A stretch of 64,000 bases of DNA from a virus (lineage: Duplodnaviria > Caudoviricetes), in the IMG/VR virus record IMGVR_UViG_3300044454_000039, positions 2,176 to 66,175 of that record; one strand, 5' to 3'. Shown one piece after another: positions 15,150 through 24,785 of the stretch. The notes under the pieces were generated by a model. That model saw nothing but the letters and a program-made list of their open reading frames with translations. It made no database searches and had not been told where the DNA came from. Numbering within the stretch: position 1 is the first letter of the stretch; each line of letters opens with the position of its first letter. Position numbers and translations under genes: made by a program.

Positions 15150-15542
15150 ATGCCCCAGCGGTTCGGTGGCGGGATCGAGAAGTACGTGTCACGCACGATG
15201 AAGCTGCGCGTCATGGTGGGCGACTATCCGCCGTGGATGGCGAAGCATCGGCGTCGTCTCTACATCGTCACCGCGATCCTGTCCGCGCCCCTGTGGATGC
15301 GCCGCCGCGATCTCAGGCATCTGCGCGAGCAAGCAATCCGCGAGACGGAGCGCACCGGGGTGCCGCATGTCCTAGACCACATCATACCGCTGCGCCACCC
15401 CTACGTCTGTGGGTTGACGGTGCCGTGGAATCTGCGCGTGGTGCCGCACAAGGTGAACGTGGCGAAGAACGGCAGTTGGCATCCAGATCAACTCAGCATG
15501 GATCTGCCCCATGAAGCGAAGCAACATGTGCTCCCGCTGTAA
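15150..15542 (+). CDS. HNH-family endonuclease-like protein
   Basis: HVLDHIIPL...VCGLTVPWNL...N motif. Confidence 0.75.
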   Translation: MPQRFGGGIEKYVSRTMKLRVMVGDYPPWMAKHRRRLYIVTAILSAPLWMRRRDLRHLREQAIRETERTGVPHVLDHIIPLRHPYVCGLTVPWNLRVVPHKVNVAKNGSWHPDQLSMDLPHEAKQHVLPL

Positions 15543-15933
15543 TGGACGCAACGATACCAAATACTCGTACTGCCGTTCGTGCCACGCCGAACAGATGCGT
15601 GAGTGGCGCGCGGGCGGGAACGAGAACGACCGGCGTCGCAACCATCGTACCGGATCGGGAGACAGTAGGTGCACGTGTTCCGCGTATCGGCATCCCCACC
15701 GTATGTTCAGTGGACGATGTTCGTTGCGGCGCTGGGTGCAACTCTTTTACGACCCGGCGCGCAGGGAATGCCACGACTGCGTGAGCCACGTGGATTACGA
15801 ATGTCAATGCATCAACGGAATTGAACAGCCCGCGCACTGCCCCGAACTGCGTGAGTACATACGCTTCGAGGGGATCAGGCTATACGGCACCGCAAAGGAA
15901 GCAATGCAACGCGCACAAGGGGGTCACTGGTGA
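15511..15933 (+). CDS. Cys-rich multi-zinc-finger hypothetical protein
   Basis: CSRC, CRSC, CTC, CHDC, CQC. Confidence 0.65.
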   Translation: MKRSNMCSRCNGRNDTKYSYCRSCHAEQMREWRAGGNENDRRRNHRTGSGDSRCTCSAYRHPHRMFSGRCSLRRWVQLFYDPARRECHDCVSHVDYECQCINGIEQPAHCPELREYIRFEGIRLYGTAKEAMQRAQGGHW

Positions 15934-16102
15934 AACGTAAAGGTATTCGGCGCACAATCATCAGCCATTATAAAGAGCAGCACTGGCATGCCCTATGGCA
16001 TGTCGAATTCGATTGCAAGCATTGGGGGCTGGCGTACAGTGTTAAAGGTGGCCACTGCCCGAAGACAGCGCTATGTGACACGTGCACAAAGGAACAGGCC
16101 AA

Positions 16103-17935
16103 GTGAATCTAATCACCCTCGACTTCGAAACATACTACGCAGCCGACTATGGGCTGTCGAAGCTGACCACAGAAGAGTACATACGCGACCCCCGCTTCGA
16201 GTCTCTGATACTTGGCTGGAAGATCAATGACGGCGACCCGCAGTGGGTGTCCGGCGAGAGCGACATCGGGACGGTGCTCGACTCGATGGATCTGGAGAAC
16301 AACGCAGTGCTGGCGCACCACGCGCACTTCGACGGGTTCATTCTGAGCCACCACTTCGGCAAGCGGCCGAAGGCATGGTTCGATACCCTGTCCATGGCAC
16401 GCGCGCTGCACGGCTCCGAAGTCGGCGGATCGTTAGGCAAGCTGATGATCCACTATGCGGTGGGCGAGAAGGGCACTGAAGTTGTCCAAGCGCTAGGCAA
16501 ACATCTACACAACTTCACACCGGCAGAACTGACTGCCTATGCCGGGTACTGCTGCAACGACGTGCAGGGTACTTACGACATCTTCCAGCGCATGCGGCCA
16601 CACATCCCGGTACCCGAGATGAAGATCATCGACATGGTGATCCGCATGTTCACCGAACCAGAACTGCTGCTTGATCAGGAGCAGTTGGAAGATTACCACT
16701 TGAGAATCCGCGCCGAGAAGGCCACGCTGCTAATAGCGGCAGGGGTACAACTCGACGAAGTGATGAGCAACGACAAGTTCGCTGCCGCGCTGCTCCGCGC
16801 CGGGGTGACGCCCCCCACCAAGATCAGCATGACCACGGGCAAGCAGACCTACGCCTTCGCCAAGACCGACAAGGGGCTGCTGGCGTTGCAGGAGCACCCG
16901 AGCGATCAGGTGCAGGCGTTGGTGTCGGCCCGTCTTGGCAACAAGTCCACACTGAACGAGACACGGGCGCTGAAGCTCGCCGACATGGCGAAGCGCGGCC
17001 CGGCCACGGTGTACCTGAAGTTCAGCGGGGCGCAGCAGACGCACCGGCTGTCCGGCGCGGACGGCATCAACTGGCAGAACAACACACGCGGCGGGGTGAT
17101 CCGCAACTGCATCCACGCGCCGGACGGCTACCTGCTGCTGGTGGCGGACTCACGCAACATCGAGAGCCGCGTGGTGGACACGCTGGCGCAGCAGGAAGAT
17201 GCCGTCGAAGCCTACCGGGCGTTCGATGCAGGCCACGGGCCGGACATCTACTGCGTCATGGCCAGCAAGATCTATCGCCGCATGATCACCCCGAAGGACA
17301 AGCCCGAGCGCCAGTTCGGCAAGGTGGTGAAGCTCGCCTGCGGTTTCCAGATGGGCGCCGAGCGCTTCAAGGAAACGGCGCGGATCATGGCCGGGATGGA
17401 TCTCGACATGGGAACGTGTGCAACAGCCGTCAACATCTACCGGCAGTCGCACGCCATGGTGGGGGTGCTGTGGAACCGGGGCCAGAGCGCCATATCCGCG
17501 CTCAAAGGCGGGCCGGACGGCGACAAGTACCTTGACCCCAAAGGGCTGCTGATAATCGAGCAGGGCGCGATCCTGCTGCCCAACGGACTGCGCATCCGGT
17601 ACCCCGACCTGTCCTTCGGCGGCGACCGGGAGTGGACGTTCCGTTCGGGGCGCGGCGAACGCACCAAGATATATGGTGGAAAGATAGTTGAGAATGTCGT
17701 GCAGGCTCTTGCGCGAAACATCGTGCTGGAGCAGACTTTGAAGATCAGCCGCGAGGCTGGTGTGCCGTGCAAGCTGTCGGTCCATGACGAGGGGGTGTTT
17801 CTGGTCCCCGAGGATCGGGCCTTCGAAGTGGCTGCTATTGCCGGTGAAGTGATGAGTGAATCGCCGAAGTGGTGGCCAGAGTTACCAGTCGCAGTAGAAG
17901 TTCAAATAGCGAGGGTATATGGCGAAGCGAAGTAG
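16103..17935 (+). CDS. family A DNA polymerase with 3'-5' exonuclease
   Basis: ExoI DFETYY, ExoII HAHFD, ExoIII YCCND; motif A DSRNIE, motif B RQFGKVVKL, motif C VHDE. Confidence 0.93.
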   Translation: MNLITLDFETYYAADYGLSKLTTEEYIRDPRFESLILGWKINDGDPQWVSGESDIGTVLDSMDLENNAVLAHHAHFDGFILSHHFGKRPKAWFDTLSMARALHGSEVGGSLGKLMIHYAVGEKGTEVVQALGKHLHNFTPAELTAYAGYCCNDVQGTYDIFQRMRPHIPVPEMKIIDMVIRMFTEPELLLDQEQLEDYHLRIRAEKATLLIAAGVQLDEVMSNDKFAAALLRAGVTPPTKISMTTGKQTYAFAKTDKGLLALQEHPSDQVQALVSARLGNKSTLNETRALKLADMAKRGPATVYLKFSGAQQTHRLSGADGINWQNNTRGGVIRNCIHAPDGYLLLVADSRNIESRVVDTLAQQEDAVEAYRAFDAGHGPDIYCVMASKIYRRMITPKDKPERQFGKVVKLACGFQMGAERFKETARIMAGMDLDMGTCATAVNIYRQSHAMVGVLWNRGQSAISALKGGPDGDKYLDPKGLLIIEQGAILLPNGLRIRYPDLSFGGDREWTFRSGRGERTKIYGGKIVENVVQALARNIVLEQTLKISREAGVPCKLSVHDEGVFLVPEDRAFEVAAIAGEVMSESPKWWPELPVAVEVQIARVYGEAK

Positions 17936-18098
17936 GAAGAGTCCAGCACCATTGGCCACAGGCAAGACCGCGCGCACGCAGATGCGCTACTTGATGATGG
18001 TAGGCCGTGGTGCGTACATGGAGAAGGTACGCAAGGGGCAAGTGAAATACGACCCCAAGATACTAGATCGTTTTACTATGGAAGGAGATGCGAAATGA
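17919..18098 (+). CDS. small basic hypothetical protein (59 aa)
   Basis: Hand-translated MAKRSRKSPA...; GAGG RBS; ATGA overlap with the next gene. Confidence 0.5.
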   Translation: MAKRSRKSPAPLATGKTARTQMRYLMMVGRGAYMEKVRKGQVKYDPKILDRFTMEGDAK

Positions 18099-18295
18099 AC
18101 CAAGCAGCACAACAAACCCCGACGCCGAAGAAAGTGTTTCTGGTCAGTAAGGCTGGGAAGAAGTACGAAGTGATGTCGTTCGACAAGGCCAACAACGTGA
18201 TCAAGCTGCGGGCGCCGAACAACACCGTGTTCGATTTCCACGACGCCACCAAGGCGAACATCACCAAGGCGGGGTACACACTGGTGTCGCAATGA
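18095..18295 (+). CDS. small hypothetical protein (paralog of the next gene)
   Basis: AAGGAG RBS; YEVMSFDKANN. Confidence 0.75.
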   Translation: MNQAAQQTPTPKKVFLVSKAGKKYEVMSFDKANNVIKLRAPNNTVFDFHDATKANITKAGYTLVSQ

Positions 18296-18477
18296 CGATC
18301 CGTGCATACTTCCAAAACCCGAACGCACCGGACCGGTCCTACGAGATCCTGTCGTTCGACAAAGAGAACCACACGGTAACGGTGAAGGAAGACCATCTGC
18401 CGCACTCGTTCAAGCTGGACACCAACTTGCTCAAGCTGCTGCACTGGACAATCGTCAAGAAAGACACAGGAGAATAG
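18292..18477 (+). CDS. small hypothetical protein (paralog of the previous gene)
   Basis: ATGA overlap; YEILSFDKENH. Confidence 0.7.
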   Translation: MTIRAYFQNPNAPDRSYEILSFDKENHTVTVKEDHLPHSFKLDTNLLKLLHWTIVKKDTGE

Positions 18478-18479
18478 CC

Positions 18480-18785
18480 ATGCCGAGCGCACCGGGGTAC
18501 GTCAGGGACTACACGCAGGAACGCAAGACGGAACTCGCCCGTGGCGGGCGCAAGAAGCACACCCTGCGCCTGCGGGCGCGGCGGCTGGCGATGAAGATGG
18601 GGCTGGTCAAACCCCACGACGGCAAGGATCTCGATCACAAGACGCCGCTGTCGAAGGGCGGGGCCAACGCGCCGTCGAACTTCCGCGTCGAGAGCCAGCA
18701 CGCCAACCGGAGCTTCCCGCGCAGCAAGACGGGGGCGCTGGTGGCCAACCACGAAGAGACGACACCGGGGCACAACAAGAAGTGA
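18480..18785 (+). CDS. HNH endonuclease
   Basis: DLDHKTPLSKGG-N--SN-RV-----NR. Confidence 0.8.
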   Translation: MPSAPGYVRDYTQERKTELARGGRKKHTLRLRARRLAMKMGLVKPHDGKDLDHKTPLSKGGANAPSNFRVESQHANRSFPRSKTGALVANHEETTPGHNKK

Positions 18786-19465
18786 AGCCTATCCCAATTG
18801 CCTTCTCCATCTTGGAGCGGTTCAAGAACTGCCCGAAGCAGTTCCACGATGTCAAGGTATCGCACGAGTTCGAGGATGCCCCCAACGAAGCTAACAAGTG
18901 GGGCAACTATGTCCACGAGCAGTGTGAAGCGTATCTGAAGGCGGGCGGTACAGTGCCGCTGCCAGAGAATATGGCCAGCTATCAGGGCTATCTCGATGGC
19001 ATCCTGCGCGTACCGGGGCAGATGTACGTCGAGCACATGGCAGCCGTGGACACCAAGCTCGAAGCGTGCGACTTTTGGGATCGCAAGAACTGCTTCATGC
19101 GCGGCAAGATCGACGTGATGCACATCCACGGCAACCGAGCGTCCCTGCTCGACCACAAGACCGGCAAGCGCAAGCCGAACAGCGGGCAGATGCGCATGAT
19201 GGCGCTGCTGGTGTTCCTGCTGTTCAAAGAAGTCCAGCGCATACGCGTGGCGTTTGCGTGGTTGAAGACCAACGAGTTCGACGCGGAGAACTTCACACGG
19301 GCCGACATCCCGATGCTGTGGAGCACCTTCGTGCCGGACATCAAGCAGTACCAACAGGCATTCGCGCAGGACATCTGGCAGCCACGGCAGTCGGGGCTTT
19401 GCCACGGCTGGTGCCCGGTGACATCGTGCGAGTATTGGAAACCGAAATCCATCAAGAGGAAATGA
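18782..19465 (+). CDS. PD-(D/E)XK / Cas4-like exonuclease
   Basis: N-terminal CP, GNYVH, RGKID, DHKTGK, C-terminal CxxC....C. Confidence 0.85.
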   Translation: MKPIPIAFSILERFKNCPKQFHDVKVSHEFEDAPNEANKWGNYVHEQCEAYLKAGGTVPLPENMASYQGYLDGILRVPGQMYVEHMAAVDTKLEACDFWDRKNCFMRGKIDVMHIHGNRASLLDHKTGKRKPNSGQMRMMALLVFLLFKEVQRIRVAFAWLKTNEFDAENFTRADIPMLWSTFVPDIKQYQQAFAQDIWQPRQSGLCHGWCPVTSCEYWKPKSIKRK

Positions 19466-19791
19466 CCATGGCCGACGAGATCGCCCCCACCTACGGCAAG
19501 TCGATGAGGGGCCGCACCAGCAAGCTCGAAGCAGCAGAGAGCGCGGCAGTGACCGGGGTGAGCAGCACGGGCGGGGTAGGCTCAATGGGCGTGGGCGCTC
19601 CGTCGCCACGCGCGGCGGCCGAGCCGGACGACCCCAAGCTGGCCAGCATCAAGCCCGGCCTCGCCGACGAGATGGCGGCCCGGTCGGCGGCGCGCAAGGT
19701 GGCGGCGGCCAAGGAAGCGGCAGCCGCAGCGGGCATGCCCAAGCCCAAGGGGCTGCTGGAGAAGTTGAAGGGCGCCGTCGGGTTGGACTGA
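19462..19791 (+). CDS. Ala-rich hypothetical protein
   Basis: GAGG RBS; start at 19462 or 19468. Confidence 0.65.
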   Translation: MTMADEIAPTYGKSMRGRTSKLEAAESAAVTGVSSTGGVGSMGVGAPSPRAAAEPDDPKLASIKPGLADEMAARSAARKVAAAKEAAAAAGMPKPKGLLEKLKGAVGLD

Positions 19792-19818
19792 TAACAATAC
19801 AAGTCATGGAGACGAAAC

Positions 19819-20061
19819 GTGAATACATCGGATGCGAAACAGAAGTGGTGCCCACTAGCGCGCACCATCGGTAGCTTCAGCAGCGGGCTAACGGTAGGTT
19901 CGCAGGCAGTGAACCTGCCCGCTGCCATCAATCGGAACGGCGGCGGTGTGCCGTGGGACTGCAAGTGTCTCGCGGAAGAGTGCATGTTCTGGCGCAGGCA
20001 CGCGCTGGACTCCACGGACGGCTTCTGCGGCGCGGCCGGGAACAACGTCTGGAGCACGTAG
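19819..20061 (+). CDS. small Cys-motif hypothetical protein
   Basis: GGAGAC RBS; WCP...C....CM.W...G.CG pattern. Confidence 0.75.
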   Translation: MNTSDAKQKWCPLARTIGSFSSGLTVGSQAVNLPAAINRNGGGVPWDCKCLAEECMFWRRHALDSTDGFCGAAGNNVWST

Positions 20062-20259
20062 ATGGCCCGCACTCCGAGCGAGCAGGACGAGGAACATCTG
20101 CTGCTCGTCCACGACTGCCAGTCCCGCGAGCATCATCTGTCCGAATGGGAGCGGGAGTTCGTCGAGTCGCTGGTGCAGCGGCTCAAGACTCGCGCGCTGA
20201 CCAAAGGCGAGATCGACAAGCTCAACGAAGTTTGGGAGAAGGCTACGGCCAAGGGGTAG
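20062..20259 (+). CDS. small hypothetical protein
   Basis: GGAG RBS; LSEWEREFVES...LT motif. Confidence 0.75.
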   Translation: MARTPSEQDEEHLLLVHDCQSREHHLSEWEREFVESLVQRLKTRALTKGEIDKLNEVWEKATAKG

Positions 20260-20261
20260 AC

Positions 20262-20465
20262 ATGCGCATCGCCATCGTCATCGACAACTGGAAGCTCAGC
20301 ATCTTCAAACATCGACTGCGGGACGCTGGCTATGTCTACGAGGCCAGCACGGGGCTCACGCCCGACACGCGGAACCTGTACGTGGAGACAGACGACGTTG
20401 AGGCGCTGGGGGTTGTGGTAAAAGCAGCAAATGAAGAAGCGCGGTTGTGGAAGGAATACGGGTGA
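20262..20465 (+). CDS. small hypothetical protein
   Basis: AAGGGG RBS before ATG 20262. Confidence 0.65.
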   Translation: MRIAIVIDNWKLSIFKHRLRDAGYVYEASTGLTPDTRNLYVETDDVEALGVVVKAANEEARLWKEYG

Positions 20466-20767
20466 GTAAGACACCTGAAGGTGCAGTCAAGAAAGAGATC
20501 AACAAGGTACTCGACAAGTACACGCCGGATCTGTGGTACCACATGCCAGTGCAGAATGGCATGGGCAAGCCCTGCCTCGACTACCACATGTGCCACAGAG
20601 GTTGGTACGTGGCTATCGAAGCCAAAGCGCCGGGCAAAAAGCTAACGGATCGGCAGTACATAACCATGCAAGAGATCGAACGTGCCGGGGGCACGGTGTT
20701 CATTATTGACGGCACTGAGAACACCACGACGTACCAACAACTTGATGGCTGGCTGGCTACACGATGA
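20462..20767 (+). CDS. VRR-NUC domain nuclease (resolvase-like)
   Basis: TPEG.VK, G.P.LD, IEAKAPG, T.RQ, GG; lies directly upstream of the SNF2 helicase. Confidence 0.85.
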   Translation: MSKTPEGAVKKEINKVLDKYTPDLWYHMPVQNGMGKPCLDYHMCHRGWYVAIEAKAPGKKLTDRQYITMQEIERAGGTVFIIDGTENTTTYQQLDGWLATR

Positions 20768-22317
20768 TCATTCACACACCTACGAAATCGCTGTTGATCA
20801 AGACAGCAAATGTGCAGGCGATCAAGAACCTGCTTCCGCAGTACAAAGACATAGACTACGACGGGCACACACTGGCAGTGCCGCACCGCATGGACGAAGT
20901 GCGGGTGCTGCGCAATCTCGGCATCCACGCCCCGCCGCCGATCCTGTACTACTACGACTGGCCGGGCAAGCACACGCCGCTGTACCACCAGAAGGAAACG
21001 GCGGCCTTCCTGACGCTGTACCCGCGCGGCTTCTGCTTCAACGAGATGGGCACGATGAAGACGGCCAGCGCGCTGTGGGCGGCCGACTACCTGATGCGTA
21101 TCGGGCAGGTGCGCAAGGTGCTGATCGTGGCGCCGCTGTCCACGCTGGACGTGGTGTGGATGGACGAGATCTTCAACTGCCTGATGCACCGCACTGCCTG
21201 CGTGCTGCACGGGGATGCGGCCCGGCGCCGCAAGCTGCTGGCCACCAACAGCGACTTCTACATCATCAACCACCACGGGCTCGGTGTGCTGGCGCCGGAA
21301 CTCGCCAGCCGTACGGACATCGACTTGGTGATAGGCGACGAGTGCGACATCTACAGGAACTCTGGAACTGATTTGTACGATTGGTTCGCCGCGCTGACGA
21401 TGAAGCGGCGGCTGTGGCTCATGTCGGGCACGCCTTTCCCCAATGCGCCGACCGACGCGTGGGCGCTGGCCCGGCTGGTGGACAAGACGCGGGTGCCGCA
21501 ATACTTCGGCCAGTGGCGCAGGCAGACGATGCTCCAGATCTCGCAGTACAAGTGGGTGCCGCGCGTGGACAGCTACGAGATGGCGTTCAAGGCGTGCCAG
21601 CCTGCCGTCCGCTTCCTGAAGAAAGACTGTCTGGATCTACCACCTATGGTGATCGAGCGGCGGCAGGTGGATCTGTCCACGGAACAGAAGGCGCACTACA
21701 TGCACATGAAGCAGCAGGCGGTGATGGAAGCGAAGCGGATCAAGATCACCGCAGTCAATGCTGCCGACAAGATCAACAAGCTGCGGCAGATTTGTTGTGG
21801 GGTAATCAAAGATCCAGCTACGAACGACTACGTGGAGATCGACCACAAGCCACGACTGAAGCTACTGCTGGAAGAGATCGGTCACGCATCCACCAAGGTG
21901 ATTGTGATCGTGCCTTTCAAGGGCATCATCAAGACACTAGCCGCAGAGATCGCAGGCGCAGGCCACACGGTCGAAGTTCTCAACGGCGATGTTTCTCGCA
22001 ACCAGAGACGGGAAATCATCGGGCGGTTCAAGCAGCAGGTGGACCCGCATGTATTGCTGTGCCACCCGCAGGTAATGTCGCACGGGCTGAACTTGGCCGA
22101 AGCCGCCACGTTAATCTATTACGGCCCGATCTACAGCGCGAGCCAGAACCAGCAGGTGCAGGACCGCATCGCGCGGCCGGGGCAGACGCACAACATGACC
22201 ATCCTACGCCTTGGCAGCGGCGCGCTGGAGTGGGGAATCTATCGGGTACTCGACGAAAGGAAGGTGACGCAAGAGAACATTCTAAGCCTGTATCAGAACG
22301 AAGTTTTGGGGGTCTAG
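20764..22317 (+). CDS. SNF2-like superfamily 2 helicase
   Basis: Q-motif YHQ, EMGTMKT, DECD, SGTP, HGLNL, QVQDRIARPGQ. Confidence 0.9.
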   Translation: MIIHTPTKSLLIKTANVQAIKNLLPQYKDIDYDGHTLAVPHRMDEVRVLRNLGIHAPPPILYYYDWPGKHTPLYHQKETAAFLTLYPRGFCFNEMGTMKTASALWAADYLMRIGQVRKVLIVAPLSTLDVVWMDEIFNCLMHRTACVLHGDAARRRKLLATNSDFYIINHHGLGVLAPELASRTDIDLVIGDECDIYRNSGTDLYDWFAALTMKRRLWLMSGTPFPNAPTDAWALARLVDKTRVPQYFGQWRRQTMLQISQYKWVPRVDSYEMAFKACQPAVRFLKKDCLDLPPMVIERRQVDLSTEQKAHYMHMKQQAVMEAKRIKITAVNAADKINKLRQICCGVIKDPATNDYVEIDHKPRLKLLLEEIGHASTKVIVIVPFKGIIKTLAAEIAGAGHTVEVLNGDVSRNQRREIIGRFKQQVDPHVLLCHPQVMSHGLNLAEAATLIYYGPIYSASQNQQVQDRIARPGQTHNMTILRLGSGALEWGIYRVLDERKVTQENILSLYQNEVLGV

Positions 22318-22322
22318 CACCC

Positions 22323-22350
22323 TTGACTTTAGGGGTAGAAGTAGTAGACT
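22323..22350 (+). promoter_or_regulatory. sigma70-type promoter
   Basis: TTGACT, 16 bp spacer, TAGACT in an intergenic gap. Confidence 0.6.
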
Positions 22351-22378
22351 AATCTCACATGCTCAATCGGAGACGCGC

Positions 22379-22861
22379 ATGGATAACCAAGTGACGGACG
22401 ACCGGATCGTAGCGGTCTATCTCAAGATCCGCACGAAGATCGCAGAAGTGACGCAGGAGTACGACGACAGGCTGGCGGTACTGAAGAGCCAGCAACAGCA
22501 GTTGAAAGCCGAGATCCTGAAGCGGCTGCACGAGCGGGGCGCGACACAGACCAAGACAGATGTGGGCACGGCCTTCATCGTCGAGAACGTGTCGATCACC
22601 ATTGCCGATGAAATCGCGTACGGCAACTTCGTGCTGGAGCAGCAGGACTATGGGTTCTACCAGAAGCGGGCCAAGGTGGAGCACGTGCGTGAGTACATGA
22701 AGGCGCACGGAGAGCAACTGCCACCGGGGCTCAGCATCTTCCGCGAACTCGACGTTAATGTACGCAAGCCAAGGCCGAAGAAAGGGGCAGCGAATGGAGC
22801 AGGAGACGGCGACACCACCGGAGACGGAGAACCCGACACCGGAGCAACTGAAGCTGCGTGA
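22379..22861 (+). CDS. conserved phage replication-module protein (coiled coil)
   Basis: GGAGAC RBS; Y..IR, KT..GT, PPGL motifs. Confidence 0.8.
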   Translation: MDNQVTDDRIVAVYLKIRTKIAEVTQEYDDRLAVLKSQQQQLKAEILKRLHERGATQTKTDVGTAFIVENVSITIADEIAYGNFVLEQQDYGFYQKRAKVEHVREYMKAHGEQLPPGLSIFRELDVNVRKPRPKKGAANGAGDGDTTGDGEPDTGATEAA

Positions 22862-23066
22862 GCTTCAGGGAGCAACAATGCAGTTGCAGCAAGCGTTGTA
22901 TGACTACGCAGTGTCCACGGGTACGTTCTCGCAGTACGTGAACTCCCTGCTGTTCACCGTGGCAGTGATCATGGCGAACTCGTCAGACGACGCGAAGATG
23001 TTGGGGTATATCACCAGCAAGGCGCAGGAGATTCGCGCCTCGAAGAAATCAACTCAGGAGACGTAA
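22794..23066 (+). CDS. hypothetical protein
   Basis: Fills the gap; start at 22794 or 22878. Confidence 0.55.
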   Translation: MEQETATPPETENPTPEQLKLRELQGATMQLQQALYDYAVSTGTFSQYVNSLLFTVAVIMANSSDDAKMLGYITSKAQEIRASKKSTQET

Positions 23067-23071
23067 GCATC

Positions 23072-24208
23072 ATGACAACCGAAATCACACTGTTCGACAA
23101 CAGGCAACTCCCGGCGCACCTGACCGATCTCAACGAGACGACGAACATCGTCCCGCGCGAGACGATCCCGATGCTGTCGTTCCGTGGCAAGGTGTTCCGC
23201 GTGGTGATGGGCGGCGAAGAGCAAGTCGTCTACCGCACCGTGGGCAACGTGCCCACCGATGAACCGGCGACGATGGTGGCCATCGTGCTGCTGGACTACA
23301 ACAAGGCGCGCAGCCGCGCGTACTTCGAAGCGTACGAAGAGGGCAAGTCGTCGGCACCGATCTGCTGGTCGCACGACGGTGTTGTTCCGCATGAGTCCGT
23401 ACCGGCAACGGGAAAGCAGTGCGAGACATGCGCAGCGTGCCCGCAGGCGGCGAAGGGTTCGAAGATCACCGACGCGGGTAAGGAAGTGACGGCGTGCTCG
23501 CAGTTCAAGCGCGTGGCCGTGCTTCCGGCGCAGAACACCAAGCACCCGTCGTTGCTGCTGCGTCTGCCGCAGACTTCGATTTGGGACAAGGATGCGGAAG
23601 AGTTCGCGCAAAAGGGATGGTACGCATTCGACCAGTACCTTGACATGCTGAAGCGGCGTGGTGTGAACCACACTGCGGCAGTCGTGACCAAGGTTCGGTT
23701 CGACCCGCGCACCGCATACCCGAAGCTGCTGTTCGGCCCGCTCGACTTCACCCCGGCCGACATCGTGGGCGACGTGAAGGAACATCTGGCGGATACGGAC
23801 ACCATCGCCAAGATCCTGAACGCCGACCCGGCCGGGATCGAGACGGATGCCGTAGCCAAGGCCGAAGCCGCAGCCGCAGTCGCAACGGCCAAGGCAGCCG
23901 CGCCAGCCGCGCCAGCCGCCGCGAAGCCTGCTGCACCCAAGGCGGCGGCGAAACCCGCTCCAAAGCCCGCCCCGGCCCCCGCACCGGCCCCTGCGGCTGC
24001 TGCACCGGACGAGGAAGCGGAACTGATGGGCGCTGTCACCCATACGGCTCCCGCCCCGGCCGCAGCGGCGAAGCCTGCCGCACCCCGCAAGGCGGCCACA
24101 GCACCGGCCGCCGCAGCCCCGGCGCAGCAGGAGCCCGAACCTGTCACCGTGGACAACGGCGGCGGCAAGGGCATCGGCGATCTGCTGTCGGAGTGGGAAA
24201 ACAGCTAA
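23072..24208 (+). CDS. putative ssDNA-binding protein with zinc motif and Pro/Ala tail
   Basis: PICWS, CETCAACP, C; Ala/Pro linker; acidic C-terminus ending in W; replication context. Confidence 0.7.
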   Translation: MTTEITLFDNRQLPAHLTDLNETTNIVPRETIPMLSFRGKVFRVVMGGEEQVVYRTVGNVPTDEPATMVAIVLLDYNKARSRAYFEAYEEGKSSAPICWSHDGVVPHESVPATGKQCETCAACPQAAKGSKITDAGKEVTACSQFKRVAVLPAQNTKHPSLLLRLPQTSIWDKDAEEFAQKGWYAFDQYLDMLKRRGVNHTAAVVTKVRFDPRTAYPKLLFGPLDFTPADIVGDVKEHLADTDTIAKILNADPAGIETDAVAKAEAAAAVATAKAAAPAAPAAAKPAAPKAAAKPAPKPAPAPAPAPAAAAPDEEAELMGAVTHTAPAPAAAAKPAAPRKAATAPAAAAPAQQEPEPVTVDNGGGKGIGDLLSEWENS

Positions 24209-24309
24209 ACCGAACAGGGGTGTCGCTGAGACTTAATGCGCCGTGCAGCGTGCGCGCCCCGATGGAATAGACACAAGGCGTCCGTCGCGTCTGATTGCCT
24301 TCACCAGTA

Positions 24310-24346
24310 CCACGCGCCGAAAGACGGCACTGGCGCGTGGCTTTTT
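24310..24346 (+). terminator. intrinsic terminator
   Basis: CCACGCGCC / GGCGCGTGG stem followed by CTTTTT. Confidence 0.65.
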
Positions 24347-24396
24347 CCGAGGGGTCGCACAGTGCGGCCCCTTCGCACTCATGGAGACTCAACAAC

Positions 24397-24732
24397 ATGT
24401 CACGAGGAATCAGAACTCACACCCGCGAGATCGTGCGGCTGGTGCACGAGCAGAAGCCCTTCGCCATCGGTCCGATGCTGGGCGTGCTCGCCATGCGCTT
24501 CAACATGTCGGCAGGCATGATGGGGCAACTGCTGGGCGTCCACGAGCAGACCGTGCTGCGCTGGTACATGGCCGACTCCGAGCCGAGCGCCAGTGCGTAC
24601 CGCAAGATCGCGCCAATCATCACCTTCCTGATGTGGCTCACGCAGGAAGAAATCGCGCCGTTCACAGGCGGGGCCAAGAAGCGTAAGTCCGCGTTTGCAA
24701 AGGCGATGCGAGAGTACCTTGCACTCGAATAG
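24397..24732 (+). CDS. helix-turn-helix protein
   Basis: SAGMMGQLLGVHEQTVLRW HTH signature; GGAGAC RBS. Confidence 0.75.
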   Translation: MSRGIRTHTREIVRLVHEQKPFAIGPMLGVLAMRFNMSAGMMGQLLGVHEQTVLRWYMADSEPSASAYRKIAPIITFLMWLTQEEIAPFTGGAKKRKSAFAKAMREYLALE

Positions 24733-24785
24733 CCTTTTCGTTATTGTGGACGACGCGCGGTGTTCGGCTAAAGGGGGGAAAACAA

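Noticed and set aside
18782-19465. Cas4-like gene as evidence of CRISPR-Cas
   Set aside because: Stand-alone PD-(D/E)XK nuclease in a normal replication module, with no array.
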